The notes under the pieces: generated by a model
The model's database searches: none
What the model saw: the letters and a program-made list of their open reading frames with translations, nothing else
What the model was told of the DNA's origin: nothing
In this document: one piece after another, positions 1 to 10,441 of the stretch
Numbering within the stretch: position 1 is the stretch's first letter
Layout of the letters: each line of letters begins with the position of its first letter
From: Polaromonas sp. YR568
GTDB taxonomy: Bacteria; Pseudomonadota; Gammaproteobacteria; Burkholderiales; Burkholderiaceae_C
Assembly (NCBI RefSeq): GCF_943371715.1
Contig: NZ_CALRVW010000021.1
Location: 2,254 to 66,253 of the forward strand
Direction: 5' to 3'
Length of the DNA stretch: 64,000 bases
Program-made: the position numbers and the translations under genes

Positions 1-55
1 CGAGGAAGCCTCCTGCATTTTTAACACTCGTGAAACTCGGAATTCGGCAGCTGCA

Positions 56-754
56 TCAATGCACCTCCAGCATGGGACTTTCGCCCTGCATGACCACTGG
101 AGCGCGTGCCAGCCATGGCGCCTGGCCACCCCGTGGCGGCTGGGGCCAATGCAGAAAATCAGATGCGATCTGGCGAAAATCCATCGCAGAAGGACTCGTC
201 GGAAATGCTTCAACGACAGTCAGGTTCAGTCGCTGCGCCTGGGGCAGACGCGGATCCGCCCTGACACACCCGGCGGGCTCCAACGCCACGGCAAGATAGC
301 GGCTCCCGGTCAACGCGAGGTTCGACAAAATGCGCTGCGCCTCTGCCGCACCGGTCACATGGTTCACCAGCACGCGCAAGCGTTGCAGCGCATGCGCGTG
401 GCAAAGCCTTTTGATACAAACATAGGCTGCCGTGATGGACGCCACATTGGGCTGCAACACCACGAAGACATGGTCTGCCTGGGCGGCCAGCGGCGAGAGT
501 GCACCATCCTTGTCAAGCACGGTGTCGATCAGTACCAGCCGTCCCTGGCGCTGGGCCGGGGTTGAATCCACTGCGCTGCGCTCGTCGAGCAGCAACACAT
601 CCTTGCCCTGCTGCATCAGCGCCGCAGCCAGATTCAGTGCGACGCTTGTGGCGCCCACCGCCGGCCCGCTGCCGACCACAGCCACCAGCCGTCCGATGCT
701 GCCAGCCATCAGACGGCGCAACCCATCCGCCTGATCGGCGATCACTTGCTTCAC
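56..754 (-). CDS. flhG: FlhG/FleN-like MinD-family protein, short and degenerate
   Basis: GTG start at 754 with GAGGAA RBS, 10 nt after the flhF stop; MinD-like motifs (VALNLAAAL, LLLDE, LIDT, RLRVLVNHV); Walker A reads GSGPAVGATS instead of SGKGGVGKT; ~232 aa. Confidence 0.8.
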   Translation of the reverse strand: MKQVIADQADGLRRLMAGSIGRLVAVVGSGPAVGATSVALNLAAALMQQGKDVLLLDERSAVDSTPAQRQGRLVLIDTVLDKDGALSPLAAQADHVFVVLQPNVASITAAYVCIKRLCHAHALQRLRVLVNHVTGAAEAQRILSNLALTGSRYLAVALEPAGCVRADPRLPQAQRLNLTVVEAFPTSPSAMDFRQIASDFLHWPQPPRGGQAPWLARAPVVMQGESPMLEVH

Positions 755-764
755 TGTGGATTCC

Positions 765-3164
765 TCATGCCTGCGCCGTTGCCCTGTGGGACTGGGGCGA
801 GAGATCGGCGCCGTCGGACTCCAGCGCGTCCAGCAATACAAAGAATTTGCCCAGGCCTTCCAGCAGTACCGGGCCCGGCACCGGTCGGCCCGGGCGCACA
901 GATCGACCGGCCAGCCGCGCCAGCACCTTGCGTGCCGCGTCAGCCCAGGGATCCTGCGCATATTGCAGGCGAAACACCGTGGTTGAAGCCTGCCCCGCAA
1001 TCAGCCATTGCTTGCGCATGGATGCGTCGTCTGGCGGGACATCGCTTGCGAGTTGCACAATGCCCTGCTTGAGCAGTTTGAAATACGGCTCGGCTGCGGT
1101 CCGCCAGCCAGGCCACTGGACCATTTGTAGTGCTGCCACCTGGATACCGGTACTGGCCAGCAGATAGCTGTGCGCGATCGGCTTGCCGCTGTCTGCGTCG
1201 ACAATACGCCGCACCACACAGCGCAGTCTGGAGACCTTCCTGTGTGCGTCGGACGTGTCGTCTCCGGCGGGAGGCCGGACAACGACCTGCGCTTCCGCCA
1301 CCGACACCCACGCGGGTTTTCTGCGATATGTCGTCGCTTGCGGCGTACTGAAGTTGAGCCCAGCGGCCATTTTGGCGAGCGTTCCCGGCGTGCCATTTCC
1401 AGTGTCCAGAATGCGAAGGGCTGCGGTTGCAGATGCCGCCCACTGGATGCCGCTGGACCGCCACTGCTCGATCAACGCGAATGCAGGGAGACGGGCCAGC
1501 AAATGGACAACCGGTTTTCCGGATTTCTGGATCCAGTCACCCGGCAGCGACACCCCCGCCTGGGATGAATCGGCCAGGATCTGCTGCGGTGCAGCGAAGG
1601 GTCTGCCCGTCTGGTCCGAAAGCAGCACGGTGCTGGTGAGCACCCGCGGATCTGCGTCGTCCTCGCCTGTGAGGCTGGTATCGCCAGTCAGCGCCAGGAC
1701 ATAGTCGCTGCAACCGGCATGAATGTCGGCCAAAGCCTGAGCGCGCAATGTCTGTGCAAGCGCCTCCTCCCCAAGCTTGGCGTCGCAAAGCTTGCGCCAG
1801 AGTACGCGGGTTTCCTCAAAGCCGATCTGGCCACTGGCAAGCGCGCTGGCATTCGACGCCAGTTCCTGGGCGTTGTGGGTCAGTGCCCGAATCAGTTGCT
1901 GGCATTGCGCACGCAAGCGTTCGTTGATGGCCTCTGCCGCGGCCACTTCGGCCTCGTTGCCCAGAGGCGTTGGGCGCTCTTCAAGGTCTGCCTCACCGGG
2001 CACGAACAAGGCGCTTCGGCTTTTGGCATGGAACACGCTGTCCACCAACGCCGGGCGATCAACCAGCATCAAGTGCTCGGGAACCTTCTGTCCGCTGGAG
2101 ATGTAGTGCACTGGCAGCTGGTGGCGAATGGCCATATCCAACAGCACACCGGGATGGGTAGCCTCGTCCACCTTGGTGAAAATGCAACCCGCCAGGTCGG
2201 CACCCTTCGCCGCCTTCCCGCCGTGGCGATAGGCCTCGACCACCTCATTGAGCGTATCGCCATGGCTGGAGGCATTAAGCAGCAGCAGGCGCTTGACCGG
2301 CCGGCCGGCACTGCAAAGCATGGCGATCTGGTCGGACACGGCCCGGTCGCGCTGACTCATGCCCACGGTGTCGATCAGCACCATGTGTTTGTCGCGCAAG
2401 CCTGCCAGCACATGCGCCAGGTCAGCCGCATCCTTGACGCCATGCACCGATACACCGAGGATCTGGCCATAAATACGCAGTTGCTCGTAAGCGCCGATCC
2501 GGTAGCTGTCGGTGGTCACCAGAGCCAGCTTGTCCGCACCGAAACGCAGGACGCAACGTGCAGCCAGCTTGGCCGTCGTGGTGGTCTTGCCGACGCCCGT
2601 CGGGCCCATCAGGGCATAAACGCCCCCCTCGTCCATCAGTGCATTTTCGTCTTCGAGCACGGGCAGGCGGCGTGCCAGTTCCGCCTTGGCATGGTCCATG
2701 CCGCAGGCATGGCTCAGGCCGGTTGGCAGGTTTTCCAGAATGTCCTTGGCCAAGCGTGCACTGAAACCTGCGCCCAGCAGCGTGCGCAGCAGGTGCCCCC
2801 GCACCGGGTCACGCCTTTGATGCTCGTTCCAGGCCATGCCGGCAAGCTGCTCTTCGATCATTCCGCGCATGGAGTGGATTTCCCGCAGCAGGCTGTTGCC
2901 GTCGTCCACGGCCGGCAGCGGCGCTACCGCCTGCAGGGGAAGGGCCGGAGGCGGGATCGGTACCGGTAGTGGCGCCGCCGGGGCGGCTTCCCTGGCAACG
3001 GGGACATCCATGGTCGCCACCACTTCAACGCCGCCCGCCGTCACGCGGTTGGACAGGACCATGGCGTCGGGCCCGAGTGTCTCGCGGACCAGACGCAGCG
3101 CCTCACGGCTGGATGGCGCTGTAAAACGGTAGTTCGAGGTGCCGGGTGTCAGATGGATCGTCAT
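765..3164 (-). CDS. flhF: Flagellar SRP-type GTPase FlhF with long C-terminal extension
   Basis: N-terminal B-domain (FTAPSSREALRLVRETLGPDAMVLSNR), G1 GPTGVGKTTT, DSYRIGA, DTVG, TKVDE; follows flhA; 799 aa, with the GTPase domain ending near aa 385. Confidence 0.95.
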   Translation of the reverse strand: MTIHLTPGTSNYRFTAPSSREALRLVRETLGPDAMVLSNRVTAGGVEVVATMDVPVAREAAPAAPLPVPIPPPALPLQAVAPLPAVDDGNSLLREIHSMRGMIEEQLAGMAWNEHQRRDPVRGHLLRTLLGAGFSARLAKDILENLPTGLSHACGMDHAKAELARRLPVLEDENALMDEGGVYALMGPTGVGKTTTTAKLAARCVLRFGADKLALVTTDSYRIGAYEQLRIYGQILGVSVHGVKDAADLAHVLAGLRDKHMVLIDTVGMSQRDRAVSDQIAMLCSAGRPVKRLLLLNASSHGDTLNEVVEAYRHGGKAAKGADLAGCIFTKVDEATHPGVLLDMAIRHQLPVHYISSGQKVPEHLMLVDRPALVDSVFHAKSRSALFVPGEADLEERPTPLGNEAEVAAAEAINERLRAQCQQLIRALTHNAQELASNASALASGQIGFEETRVLWRKLCDAKLGEEALAQTLRAQALADIHAGCSDYVLALTGDTSLTGEDDADPRVLTSTVLLSDQTGRPFAAPQQILADSSQAGVSLPGDWIQKSGKPVVHLLARLPAFALIEQWRSSGIQWAASATAALRILDTGNGTPGTLAKMAAGLNFSTPQATTYRRKPAWVSVAEAQVVVRPPAGDDTSDAHRKVSRLRCVVRRIVDADSGKPIAHSYLLASTGIQVAALQMVQWPGWRTAAEPYFKLLKQGIVQLASDVPPDDASMRKQWLIAGQASTTVFRLQYAQDPWADAARKVLARLAGRSVRPGRPVPGPVLLEGLGKFFVLLDALESDGADLSPQSHRATAQA

Positions 3165-5251
3165 GCTTTTCCTCCAATGGTGGCCGTCACCTTGATGGTG
3201 CGGGTGTCGGGTATCTCAGCGTGGGAAAGCACCTTGAGCTGCGGCAGGCTGCGGCGCAGAAAGCGGGCCAGCAATACACGCAGCGGGTGCTGGACCACCA
3301 GCACGGGCGCCAGACCCAGCTGTGACTGGCGGTCCATGGCCAGCTGGGTTTCCCTCAGCAGGCTGTCAGCCAGGCCTGGCTCCAGTCCACTGCTGTTGGT
3401 CAGGGCCTGCAGCAAAACACGATCCAGCGAGCTGTCGAGGCCTATCACTTGCAGTTCCTCGTTGCCCGGGAAAATCTGCTGGACAATCGCACGGCCCAGC
3501 GCCAGCCGGATCAGCGACGTCAGCTCCGTGGTGTCTGTCACCGTCGGTGCGTGCTCGGCGAGCACATCCAGAATGGTGCGCATGTCGCGGATGGGAACGC
3601 TCTCGTCGAGCAGGTTCTGAAGCACCTTCTGCAGCGTCGTCAGGGTCAGGGTTTTGGGAACCAGATCCTGAATGAGCATGGGTGACTCTTTCCCGATGCG
3701 ATCAAGCAGTTGCTGGACTTCCTGCCGCCCCAGCAGCTCCGCCGCATGCGCGTGAATCAGGTGATTGAGGTGGGTGGCGACGACCGTGCTGGCATCCACC
3801 ACCGTGTAGCCGTAAATCTGCGCCTGTTCGCGCAGGCTGCTGTCGATCCAGATCGCCGGCAGGCCGAAGGCGGGGTCCCGCGTCTGCGTCCCGGGAAGCG
3901 TGGCACTGACCTGACCCGGGTTGATGGCCATCCACTGCCCGGGGGAAGCCTCGCCCTGGCCGATCTGTACGCCCTTGAGCTTGACCACATACGCGTTCGG
4001 TTTGATTTCAAGGTTGTCGCGGATGTGAACCACGGGCACCAGAAAGCCAATGTCCTGCGCGAATTTTTTACGTATGCTTTTGATGCGCCCCAGCAATTCG
4101 CCGTTCTGGGTTTTGTCCACCAGGGAAATCAGGCGGTACCCCACCTCGAGACCTAGCGGATCCACCAGCGCCACATCGTCCCATGTTGCTTCCTGCGACT
4201 CCACGGGATTCACCACCTGCGCAGGCGCCGCCACCGCGGCATCAGCGTTCTTCACGCCGCCTCGCATGACACGCCGGCCGAGCCAGACCAGGCCACCCGC
4301 AATGATCAGGAAGGCGAGGTTCGGCATGCCGGGAATCAATCCCATCAGACCAATCACGCCCGCCGTCAGGAACAGGACCTGGGGATTGGCAAACAGCTGG
4401 CCGGTGAGCTGCCCGCCCACATCCTCGTCAGTCGTCACGCGCGAGACGATGACACCCGCCGCGGTTGAAATGACCAGGGCCGGGATCTGCGCGACCAGGC
4501 CGTCACCAATGGCGAGCAGGGTGTAGGTCGTGCCAGCCTCCGAGAACCCGAGACCATGCTGGGCCATGCCGACAATCAGGCCGCCAATGATGTTGATCAC
4601 CAAAATGAGAAGGCCTGCAACGGCGTCGCCGCGGACGAATTTGCTGGCGCCGTCCATCGACCCGTAAAAGTCGGCCTCCTGTGCCACTTCGGCACGGCGC
4701 TTGCGCGCCACGTCTTCGCCAATCAGGCCGGCATTGAGGTCGGCGTCGATCGCCATCTGCTTGCCCGGCATCGCATCGAGCGTGAAACGAGCGCCCACCT
4801 CGGCAATGCGCCCGGCGCCCTTGGTGATGACCATGAAGTTGATCACGACCAGGATGATGAACACCATCACACCCACGGCAAAGTTGCCCCCGACCAGGAA
4901 ATGCCCGAACGCCTCGATCACCTTGCCGGCGGCGTCCGGACCGGTGTGGCCCTCCATCAGCACCACGCGGGTGGACGCGACATTGAGTGACAGCCGCAGC
5001 AGCGTGGTGAACAGCAGCACGGCGGGAAAAGCCGCAAAATCCAGCGCCTTCATGGTGTACATGCTGACCAGAAGCACCATGATCGACAGCGCGATATTGA
5101 AGGTGAACAGCAGGTCCAGCAGGAACGGCGGCAACGGCAACACCATCATGCTGAGAATCAGGATGATCAGGATAGGGCCGACCAGCCCCTTGCCCTGGTT
5201 GCCGGCCAGCATCTGCCTGGGCAGGCGCAACAACGAATTCGTCAATGTCAT
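3161..5251 (-). CDS. flhA: Flagellar export gate protein FlhA
   Basis: 696 aa, FHIPEP motif RFTLDAMPGKQMAIDADLNAG, N-terminal TM helices. Confidence 0.98.
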   Translation of the reverse strand: MTLTNSLLRLPRQMLAGNQGKGLVGPILIILILSMMVLPLPPFLLDLLFTFNIALSIMVLLVSMYTMKALDFAAFPAVLLFTTLLRLSLNVASTRVVLMEGHTGPDAAGKVIEAFGHFLVGGNFAVGVMVFIILVVINFMVITKGAGRIAEVGARFTLDAMPGKQMAIDADLNAGLIGEDVARKRRAEVAQEADFYGSMDGASKFVRGDAVAGLLILVINIIGGLIVGMAQHGLGFSEAGTTYTLLAIGDGLVAQIPALVISTAAGVIVSRVTTDEDVGGQLTGQLFANPQVLFLTAGVIGLMGLIPGMPNLAFLIIAGGLVWLGRRVMRGGVKNADAAVAAPAQVVNPVESQEATWDDVALVDPLGLEVGYRLISLVDKTQNGELLGRIKSIRKKFAQDIGFLVPVVHIRDNLEIKPNAYVVKLKGVQIGQGEASPGQWMAINPGQVSATLPGTQTRDPAFGLPAIWIDSSLREQAQIYGYTVVDASTVVATHLNHLIHAHAAELLGRQEVQQLLDRIGKESPMLIQDLVPKTLTLTTLQKVLQNLLDESVPIRDMRTILDVLAEHAPTVTDTTELTSLIRLALGRAIVQQIFPGNEELQVIGLDSSLDRVLLQALTNSSGLEPGLADSLLRETQLAMDRQSQLGLAPVLVVQHPLRVLLARFLRRSLPQLKVLSHAEIPDTRTIKVTATIGGKA

Positions 5252-6393
5252 GCGGGATTTCCAAGGGGATCGAGTGATTCGGGGACCGGCAGGTCACGCG
5301 GGGGGCGCGGCAGCGCGCCACCTTCCGTGCCGGCGCGGTTCAGCTGGTAAGCCCAGGCCAGCACTTCGGCCACGGCCGCATAGAGGGCGGCCGGGATTTC
5401 ATCGCCCAGCTGGGTGTGACGGAACAGTGCCCGGGTCAACGGCGGCGCCTCCAGAACCGGCACCTTGTGTACTTCGGCCATGGCGCGGATACGCAAGGCC
5501 ACCAGGTCGGAACCCTTGGCAACCACGCGTGGTGCACGCATGTCCTTGTCGTGGTATTTCAGCGCGACCGCAAAATGGGTCGGGTTGGTGACAATGATGT
5601 CGGCCTTGGGCACCTCGGCCATCATGCGCCGCCTGGCCATTTGCTGCTGCTGCCTGCGGATCTGGGCCTTGACCTGCGGATCCCCGTCGCTTTCCTTCTG
5701 CTCCTGGCGCAAATCCTCGCGCGACATGCGCAGCTTGCGGGCATGGCTCCACAGCTGGTAGGGCACATCGATAAGCGCCACCAGCAGCAGTGAAGCGATG
5801 ATCAGGGCACAGCTGCCTGCCACCAGATGCAGGGCATGCGGCAACGCAGCCCGTGCCGGCTCGTTCATCAAGGCCATGATCGCATCGAGCTTGCCCGAGA
5901 TGACCCACCAGGCCACGCCACCGACCAGCAGCGACTTGACGATGGTCTTGACCAGTTCGGCCAGTGACTCGGCCGAAAACATGCGACCGATGCCTGCCAC
6001 GGGATTCAACTTGGAGAAATTGGGCGCCAGTGATTTTCCCGAGAGCAGCCAGCCGCCCAGCATCATGGGAGCAACCAGCGCCGCCAACAGCATCATGAGA
6101 AGTACCGGCATCAGCGCCTGCATCGCGTGGAGGACGGCCGTTCCTGCCTGCACCATCATGTGTGACGCATCAAAGGCCGACGCACGTTCGAATTGCAGGC
6201 CATTGCGCAGCGCGCTGTCGAAATGCCCGCCCATCATGTCTCCCAGAGTCCAAAGGGCGCCAACGCCCGTGGTCAGCATGACAAAAGTCACCAGCTCCCG
6301 GGACCGGGCGACCTGCCCCTCCTCGCGCGCCTTTTCCAGACGCCGGGGCGAGGCCGGTTCGGTTTTTTCGAGATCACTTTCTTCCGCCATCAA
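5248..6393 (-). CDS. flhB: Flagellar export switch protein FlhB
   Basis: EKTEPASPRRLEKAREEGQ N-terminus and NPTH autocleavage motif. Confidence 0.98.
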   Translation of the reverse strand: MMAEESDLEKTEPASPRRLEKAREEGQVARSRELVTFVMLTTGVGALWTLGDMMGGHFDSALRNGLQFERASAFDASHMMVQAGTAVLHAMQALMPVLLMMLLAALVAPMMLGGWLLSGKSLAPNFSKLNPVAGIGRMFSAESLAELVKTIVKSLLVGGVAWWVISGKLDAIMALMNEPARAALPHALHLVAGSCALIIASLLLVALIDVPYQLWSHARKLRMSREDLRQEQKESDGDPQVKAQIRRQQQQMARRRMMAEVPKADIIVTNPTHFAVALKYHDKDMRAPRVVAKGSDLVALRIRAMAEVHKVPVLEAPPLTRALFRHTQLGDEIPAALYAAVAEVLAWAYQLNRAGTEGGALPRPPRDLPVPESLDPLGNPA

Positions 6394-6469
6394 TGCTCCG
6401 GAGCGACAGACGCCGGAAGGCGCCTCATCTCGAAGATTATTGGGGAAAGCCCCCTGAACTGATCAGGCA

Positions 6470-6492
6470 AACAGGCCGGGGATAGGCCTGTT
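6470..6492 (-). terminator. Hairpin between cheZ and flhB (weak terminator or RNA stability element)
   Basis: AACAGGCC-7nt-GGCCTGTT, only a short T run after it on the - strand. Confidence 0.3.
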
Positions 6493-6520
6493 CCTTGGGC
6501 AATCAGCCGTCTGCCGCGGG

Positions 6521-7162
6521 TTAGAAACCGAGGCTGGCCAGCAGGTCATCGACCTGGCCCTGGTCGTCCACCGCATCGGTGTTGCCCAGCTTGATCTGGG
6601 GTCCATTGAGCAGGCCGTGGCCGGCCTCCTGCCGCTTGTCAATGGGGGCGTTGTCAATCAGCAGCTGCAGCAGCTGCGTCTCCATGTCCTTGATCACGTC
6701 CATCATTTTCTTGATGACCTGACCCGTCAGGTCCTGGAAGTCCTGGGCCATCATGATTTCCATGAGCTGCGCATTGGTCGCGCTGGTCTGCTGCGGGACG
6801 TCCGCCAGGTAGCTGCGCGTGTCTCTCACCAGCTCACGCGCATCGTCCAGCTCCAGTGGACTGGCAAACCACACGTCCCAGCGCTGTGACAGGCTGACGG
6901 CCTGCTTCGAAAGATTGTCCTGGATGGGCTGAGCCACATCGATTGCGTTGAGCGCCCGTTCCGCCGCACGTTCGGTCATCTGGGCGACATAGCTGAGGCG
7001 GTCACGTGCATTGGGAATGGCTTCGGCCGCCCGGGCAATGCCCTTGTCCAGACCGAGCTCGCGCATGCCCTCGCGCATCTGGCGCGTCAGATGCCCGATG
7101 CGATTGACCAGCTGTTCGGTCGAGTCGCCCACGGCTGCAGAGGAAGTTGTGTCGTGAGCCAT
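6521..7162 (-). CDS. cheZ: Chemotaxis phosphatase CheZ
   Basis: [15 protein letters not shown] motif and C-terminal [11 protein letters not shown]. Confidence 0.97.
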   Translation of the reverse strand: MAHDTTSSAAVGDSTEQLVNRIGHLTRQMREGMRELGLDKGIARAAEAIPNARDRLSYVAQMTERAAERALNAIDVAQPIQDNLSKQAVSLSQRWDVWFASPLELDDARELVRDTRSYLADVPQQTSATNAQLMEIMMAQDFQDLTGQVIKKMMDVIKDMETQLLQLLIDNAPIDKRQEAGHGLLNGPQIKLGNTDAVDDQGQVDDLLASLGF

Positions 7163-7163
7163 G

Positions 7164-7568
7164 TCAAGCACCTTCTTTTTCTATTTTTTCGAAAATCTTG
7201 GTGATCTTTTCCTCCAGCGTGATGGCTGTAAACGGCTTGACCACATATCCGTTGGCCCCCGCTTTGGCTGCTGCAATGATGTTTTCCTTCTTTGCTTCTG
7301 CTGTCACCATCAGCACCGGCAGCTTGGCGAACGAGGGATCAGCGCGAATGGCCTGCAACATCGCCAGACCGTCCATGTTCGGCATGTTCCAGTCAGAAAC
7401 CACAAAACCGTAGTTGCCGTTGCGGACCTTTTCCAGGCCCACAGCACCGTCTTCGGCTTCATCCACGTTAACGAACTCCAGTTCCTTGAGCAGATTGCGA
7501 ACAATCCTTCGCATGGTCGGGAAATCGTCCACGACCAGAATCTTGATATTTTTGTCGATCACGTTCAC
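7164..7568 (-). CDS. cheY: Chemotaxis response regulator CheY
   Basis: [35 protein letters not shown]. Confidence 0.98.
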   Translation of the reverse strand: MNVIDKNIKILVVDDFPTMRRIVRNLLKELEFVNVDEAEDGAVGLEKVRNGNYGFVVSDWNMPNMDGLAMLQAIRADPSFAKLPVLMVTAEAKKENIIAAAKAGANGYVVKPFTAITLEEKITKIFEKIEKEGA

Positions 7569-7640
7569 TCCAAATTTTGACTACCAACACACATCCGCGG
7601 GGGGCTCGCAAGGCGCCACCCAAGCGCTCTTCCACTTCGC

Positions 7641-8735
7641 CTACACCCGATTGCTCCGCGCACCGAGGGACCTTAGGTAGGTCATCACGCGCTGGCTCAT
7701 TTCCTGCAACGGGGCGACCTCACTCACGGCGCCGATGGCAATCGCCTCGCGCGGCATGCCAAAAACCACACAACTGGCTTCGTCCTGTGCCAGCGTATGG
7801 GCACCGGCCTGCCGCATGCGCAGCAGGCCTTCGGCACCGTCACGCCCCATACCGGTCAGAATCACGCCGATGGCGTTCTTGCCGGCGTGTATTGCAGCCG
7901 AATCAAACAGCACATCCACCGATGGGCGATGCCGGTTCACAGGCGGCTCCTGGTGGACCTGAGCCACGTAATTGGCGCCACTGCGCGTGAGAGACAAATG
8001 AAAACCACCCGGCGCGATGTAGGCGTGGCCGGGCAGGATTCGCTCGCCATGAATGGCTTCCGACACGGCGATGCGGCACAGGCTGTTGAGGCGTTGCGCG
8101 AAGGAATTCGTAAAGCCTGCAGGCATGTGCTGCGCAATCATGATGCCCGGACTGTCGGGCGGCAGCGGTTGCAGGACCTCGCGGATCGCTTCGGTTCCGC
8201 CGGTTGATGCACCAATAATGATGAGCTTTTCAGTACTCAGCAACGGGCTGTGCAGCGGCAGCACTTCCGCCGTGGTCTCCATGCCTGCTGGTGTTGCGGC
8301 CCGCTTCGCCGGCAGCAGCCGGGCCGTGGCAGCGATGCGGATTTTCCCCGCGATCAGGTCGGTGTAAGACAACAGGCCGTCGCGGATGCCCAGACGTGGT
8401 TTGGTGACAAAGTCAATCGCCCCCAGCTCCAGTGCACGCAGCGCGGCCTCCGAGCCGCGCTCTGTCAGCGAGGACACCATCACCACGGGCATGGGCCGCA
8501 GGCGCATCAGCTTTTCGAGAAATTCGAGTCCGTCCATGCGCGGCATTTCGACATCCAGTGTCATCACGTCGGGGTTGTGCAGTTTGACCAGGTCACGGGC
8601 AACCAATGGATCGGAGGCGGTCGCCACCACCACCATGTCGGGCTGGCTGTTGATGATTTCCGTCATCAAACTGCGTATCAGCGCCGAGTCATCGACACAC
8701 AACACCCTGATTTTTGGCACGTTCACAAAGCCCAC
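7641..8735 (-). CDS. cheB: Chemotaxis methylesterase CheB
   Basis: REC domain plus GASTGG, QHMP and HRPSVD motifs. Confidence 0.98.
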   Translation of the reverse strand: MGFVNVPKIRVLCVDDSALIRSLMTEIINSQPDMVVVATASDPLVARDLVKLHNPDVMTLDVEMPRMDGLEFLEKLMRLRPMPVVMVSSLTERGSEAALRALELGAIDFVTKPRLGIRDGLLSYTDLIAGKIRIAATARLLPAKRAATPAGMETTAEVLPLHSPLLSTEKLIIIGASTGGTEAIREVLQPLPPDSPGIMIAQHMPAGFTNSFAQRLNSLCRIAVSEAIHGERILPGHAYIAPGGFHLSLTRSGANYVAQVHQEPPVNRHRPSVDVLFDSAAIHAGKNAIGVILTGMGRDGAEGLLRMRQAGAHTLAQDEASCVVFGMPREAIAIGAVSEVAPLQEMSQRVMTYLRSLGARSNRV

Positions 8736-9382
8736 GCATTCTTGTTGGCAGCGTCACGGGCGACGTCCCTGTCAAAGAGTTCCACCTTGTTGCGTGCTTG
8801 TCGTCCTGACAAGGCCTGCGCCAGGGCCTTTTCGCTGCGATCGACCTGCGCAACGTCGTCCTGCTGGCTGAGCTTTCGCATGGTGACCTTGCCGGTCGCC
8901 GGGAAATAGTTGATGCGGCGAGGCAGCTTTCCCCGCAGATCCTGGGCCGCTATCCGGACCTGCTCCATCTGGAGGTAACGCAGCACAAAATCGGCATTGC
9001 GCTCGCCGATATTGAGCATGGTCATATTGGCCAGGACCGCTCCGCCGCCGAAGACCTTGGCCTCCAGTCGCTCACGCCTTGCACCTGCCTTGAACAATTC
9101 ATTGAGGAGCATTTCCATGGCGTAGGCGCCATAACGCATGGCCGAGGCTGCGCCACGAGACTTTGGGTCGGCATCCTCCGGCAGCATGAAGTGATTCATC
9201 CCACCCACGCCAGCTGTGCTGTCACGCACGCAAGCGGACACGCACGACCCCAACACGGTTGTCAGCACCATGTCGCTGGACGTGACGAAGTACTCCCCGG
9301 GCAACAACTTCACCGCGGAGATGCCGAACTCACGGTCGAAATAATGGTGGGTGGCGACCGTTTCCATGTGCGCCAAACTCAT
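8723..9382 (-). CDS. cheD: Chemoreceptor glutamine deamidase CheD
   Basis: [26 protein letters not shown]. Confidence 0.96.
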   Translation of the reverse strand: MSLAHMETVATHHYFDREFGISAVKLLPGEYFVTSSDMVLTTVLGSCVSACVRDSTAGVGGMNHFMLPEDADPKSRGAASAMRYGAYAMEMLLNELFKAGARRERLEAKVFGGGAVLANMTMLNIGERNADFVLRYLQMEQVRIAAQDLRGKLPRRINYFPATGKVTMRKLSQQDDVAQVDRSEKALAQALSGRQARNKVELFDRDVARDAANKNAWAL

Positions 9383-10248
9383 GTCGCCGCCTTGGTGCTG
9401 TTGCCGACCAGCTCATAAATTGTCTGCCCGCGCAGCCGGAAAGTCTGGCTGGCGAAGGAAAAGTTCTCCGAATGTCCGGCAAACAAAAGGCCATGCGGTT
9501 TCATCAGGGGCGCAAACCGCTGCAGGATTTTTCCCTGCGTGGGTTTGTCGAAATAGATCATCACATTGCGGCAGAAAATTGCATCGAACGGATCCTTGAG
9601 TGCCCACTTTGGATCGAGCAGGTTGAGCCGCTCGAACTTCACCATCGCCGCCACTTCCGGCCGCACGCGAACCCTGCCCTCATGCGCCCCCGTGCCCTTG
9701 AGGAAAAACCGCTTGAGGTAGGTAGGCGGAAGCTTGCTGACCTGTTCGGCGGTGAATACGCCCGTCGCCGCCTTGGCAAGGACCTGGGTGTCGATATCGG
9801 TGGCCACAACACTGGCAGCGCCGGCCCGGGAACCCAGCGCGTCGATCAGCGTCATTGCGATCGAATAGGGTTCCTCCCCCGTGGACGCAGCCGAACACCA
9901 GACCGTCAGCGGCTGCGGGCATTTTTTGGCATGCGCTGCCAGCACCGGGAAGTGGTGCGCCTCACGGAAGAACGCAGTGAGATTGGTGGTCAGCGCATTC
10001 GTGAACAGCTGCCACTCGTCACCGTCCGGATTGGCTTCCAGGACGCCAAGGTAGGTGGAGAACTCCTTGAGCCGCAGCTCGCGCAAACGTCGCGCAAGGC
10101 GGCTGTAGACCATTTGCCGCTTCTGGACGCTCAGCGCTATTCCCGCACGCTGATGGATCAGCTCGCGTATTCGCGAGAAGTCGTGGTCAGTCAGAAGAAA
10201 GTCCGGTCCGACCGGCGCTGCTGTTGCGAAATCCGTGTTTGTAGTCAT
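9379..10248 (-). CDS. cheR: Chemotaxis methyltransferase CheR
   Basis: LTTNLTAFFRE, WCSAASTGEEPYS, FCRNVMIYF; start 10248 or 10263. Confidence 0.97.
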   Translation of the reverse strand: MTTNTDFATAAPVGPDFLLTDHDFSRIRELIHQRAGIALSVQKRQMVYSRLARRLRELRLKEFSTYLGVLEANPDGDEWQLFTNALTTNLTAFFREAHHFPVLAAHAKKCPQPLTVWCSAASTGEEPYSIAMTLIDALGSRAGAASVVATDIDTQVLAKAATGVFTAEQVSKLPPTYLKRFFLKGTGAHEGRVRVRPEVAAMVKFERLNLLDPKWALKDPFDAIFCRNVMIYFDKPTQGKILQRFAPLMKPHGLLFAGHSENFSFASQTFRLRGQTIYELVGNSTKAAT

Positions 10249-10441
10249 GTTGTTTGATGCCATCGCGCGCGCCAGGTAAATCCCCTGTGCATCGTGCCAA
10301 CGGCATACGCTTCAATGTATCCAGCCCCCGCCGGTATCGATGCACGGAAAAGCGCTCCAAACAGCCTGCTCTTTTTGGTATGCCGGAGCAATCCGCAACA
10401 CGAAGGCGCCCCATGGCGGGCGAACGCGGATTGGCCGGAAA

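Noticed and set aside
1-55. Possible fliA start (ATG at 18, - strand) after flhG
   Set aside because: Only 6 codons are visible; expected by synteny but not supportable.
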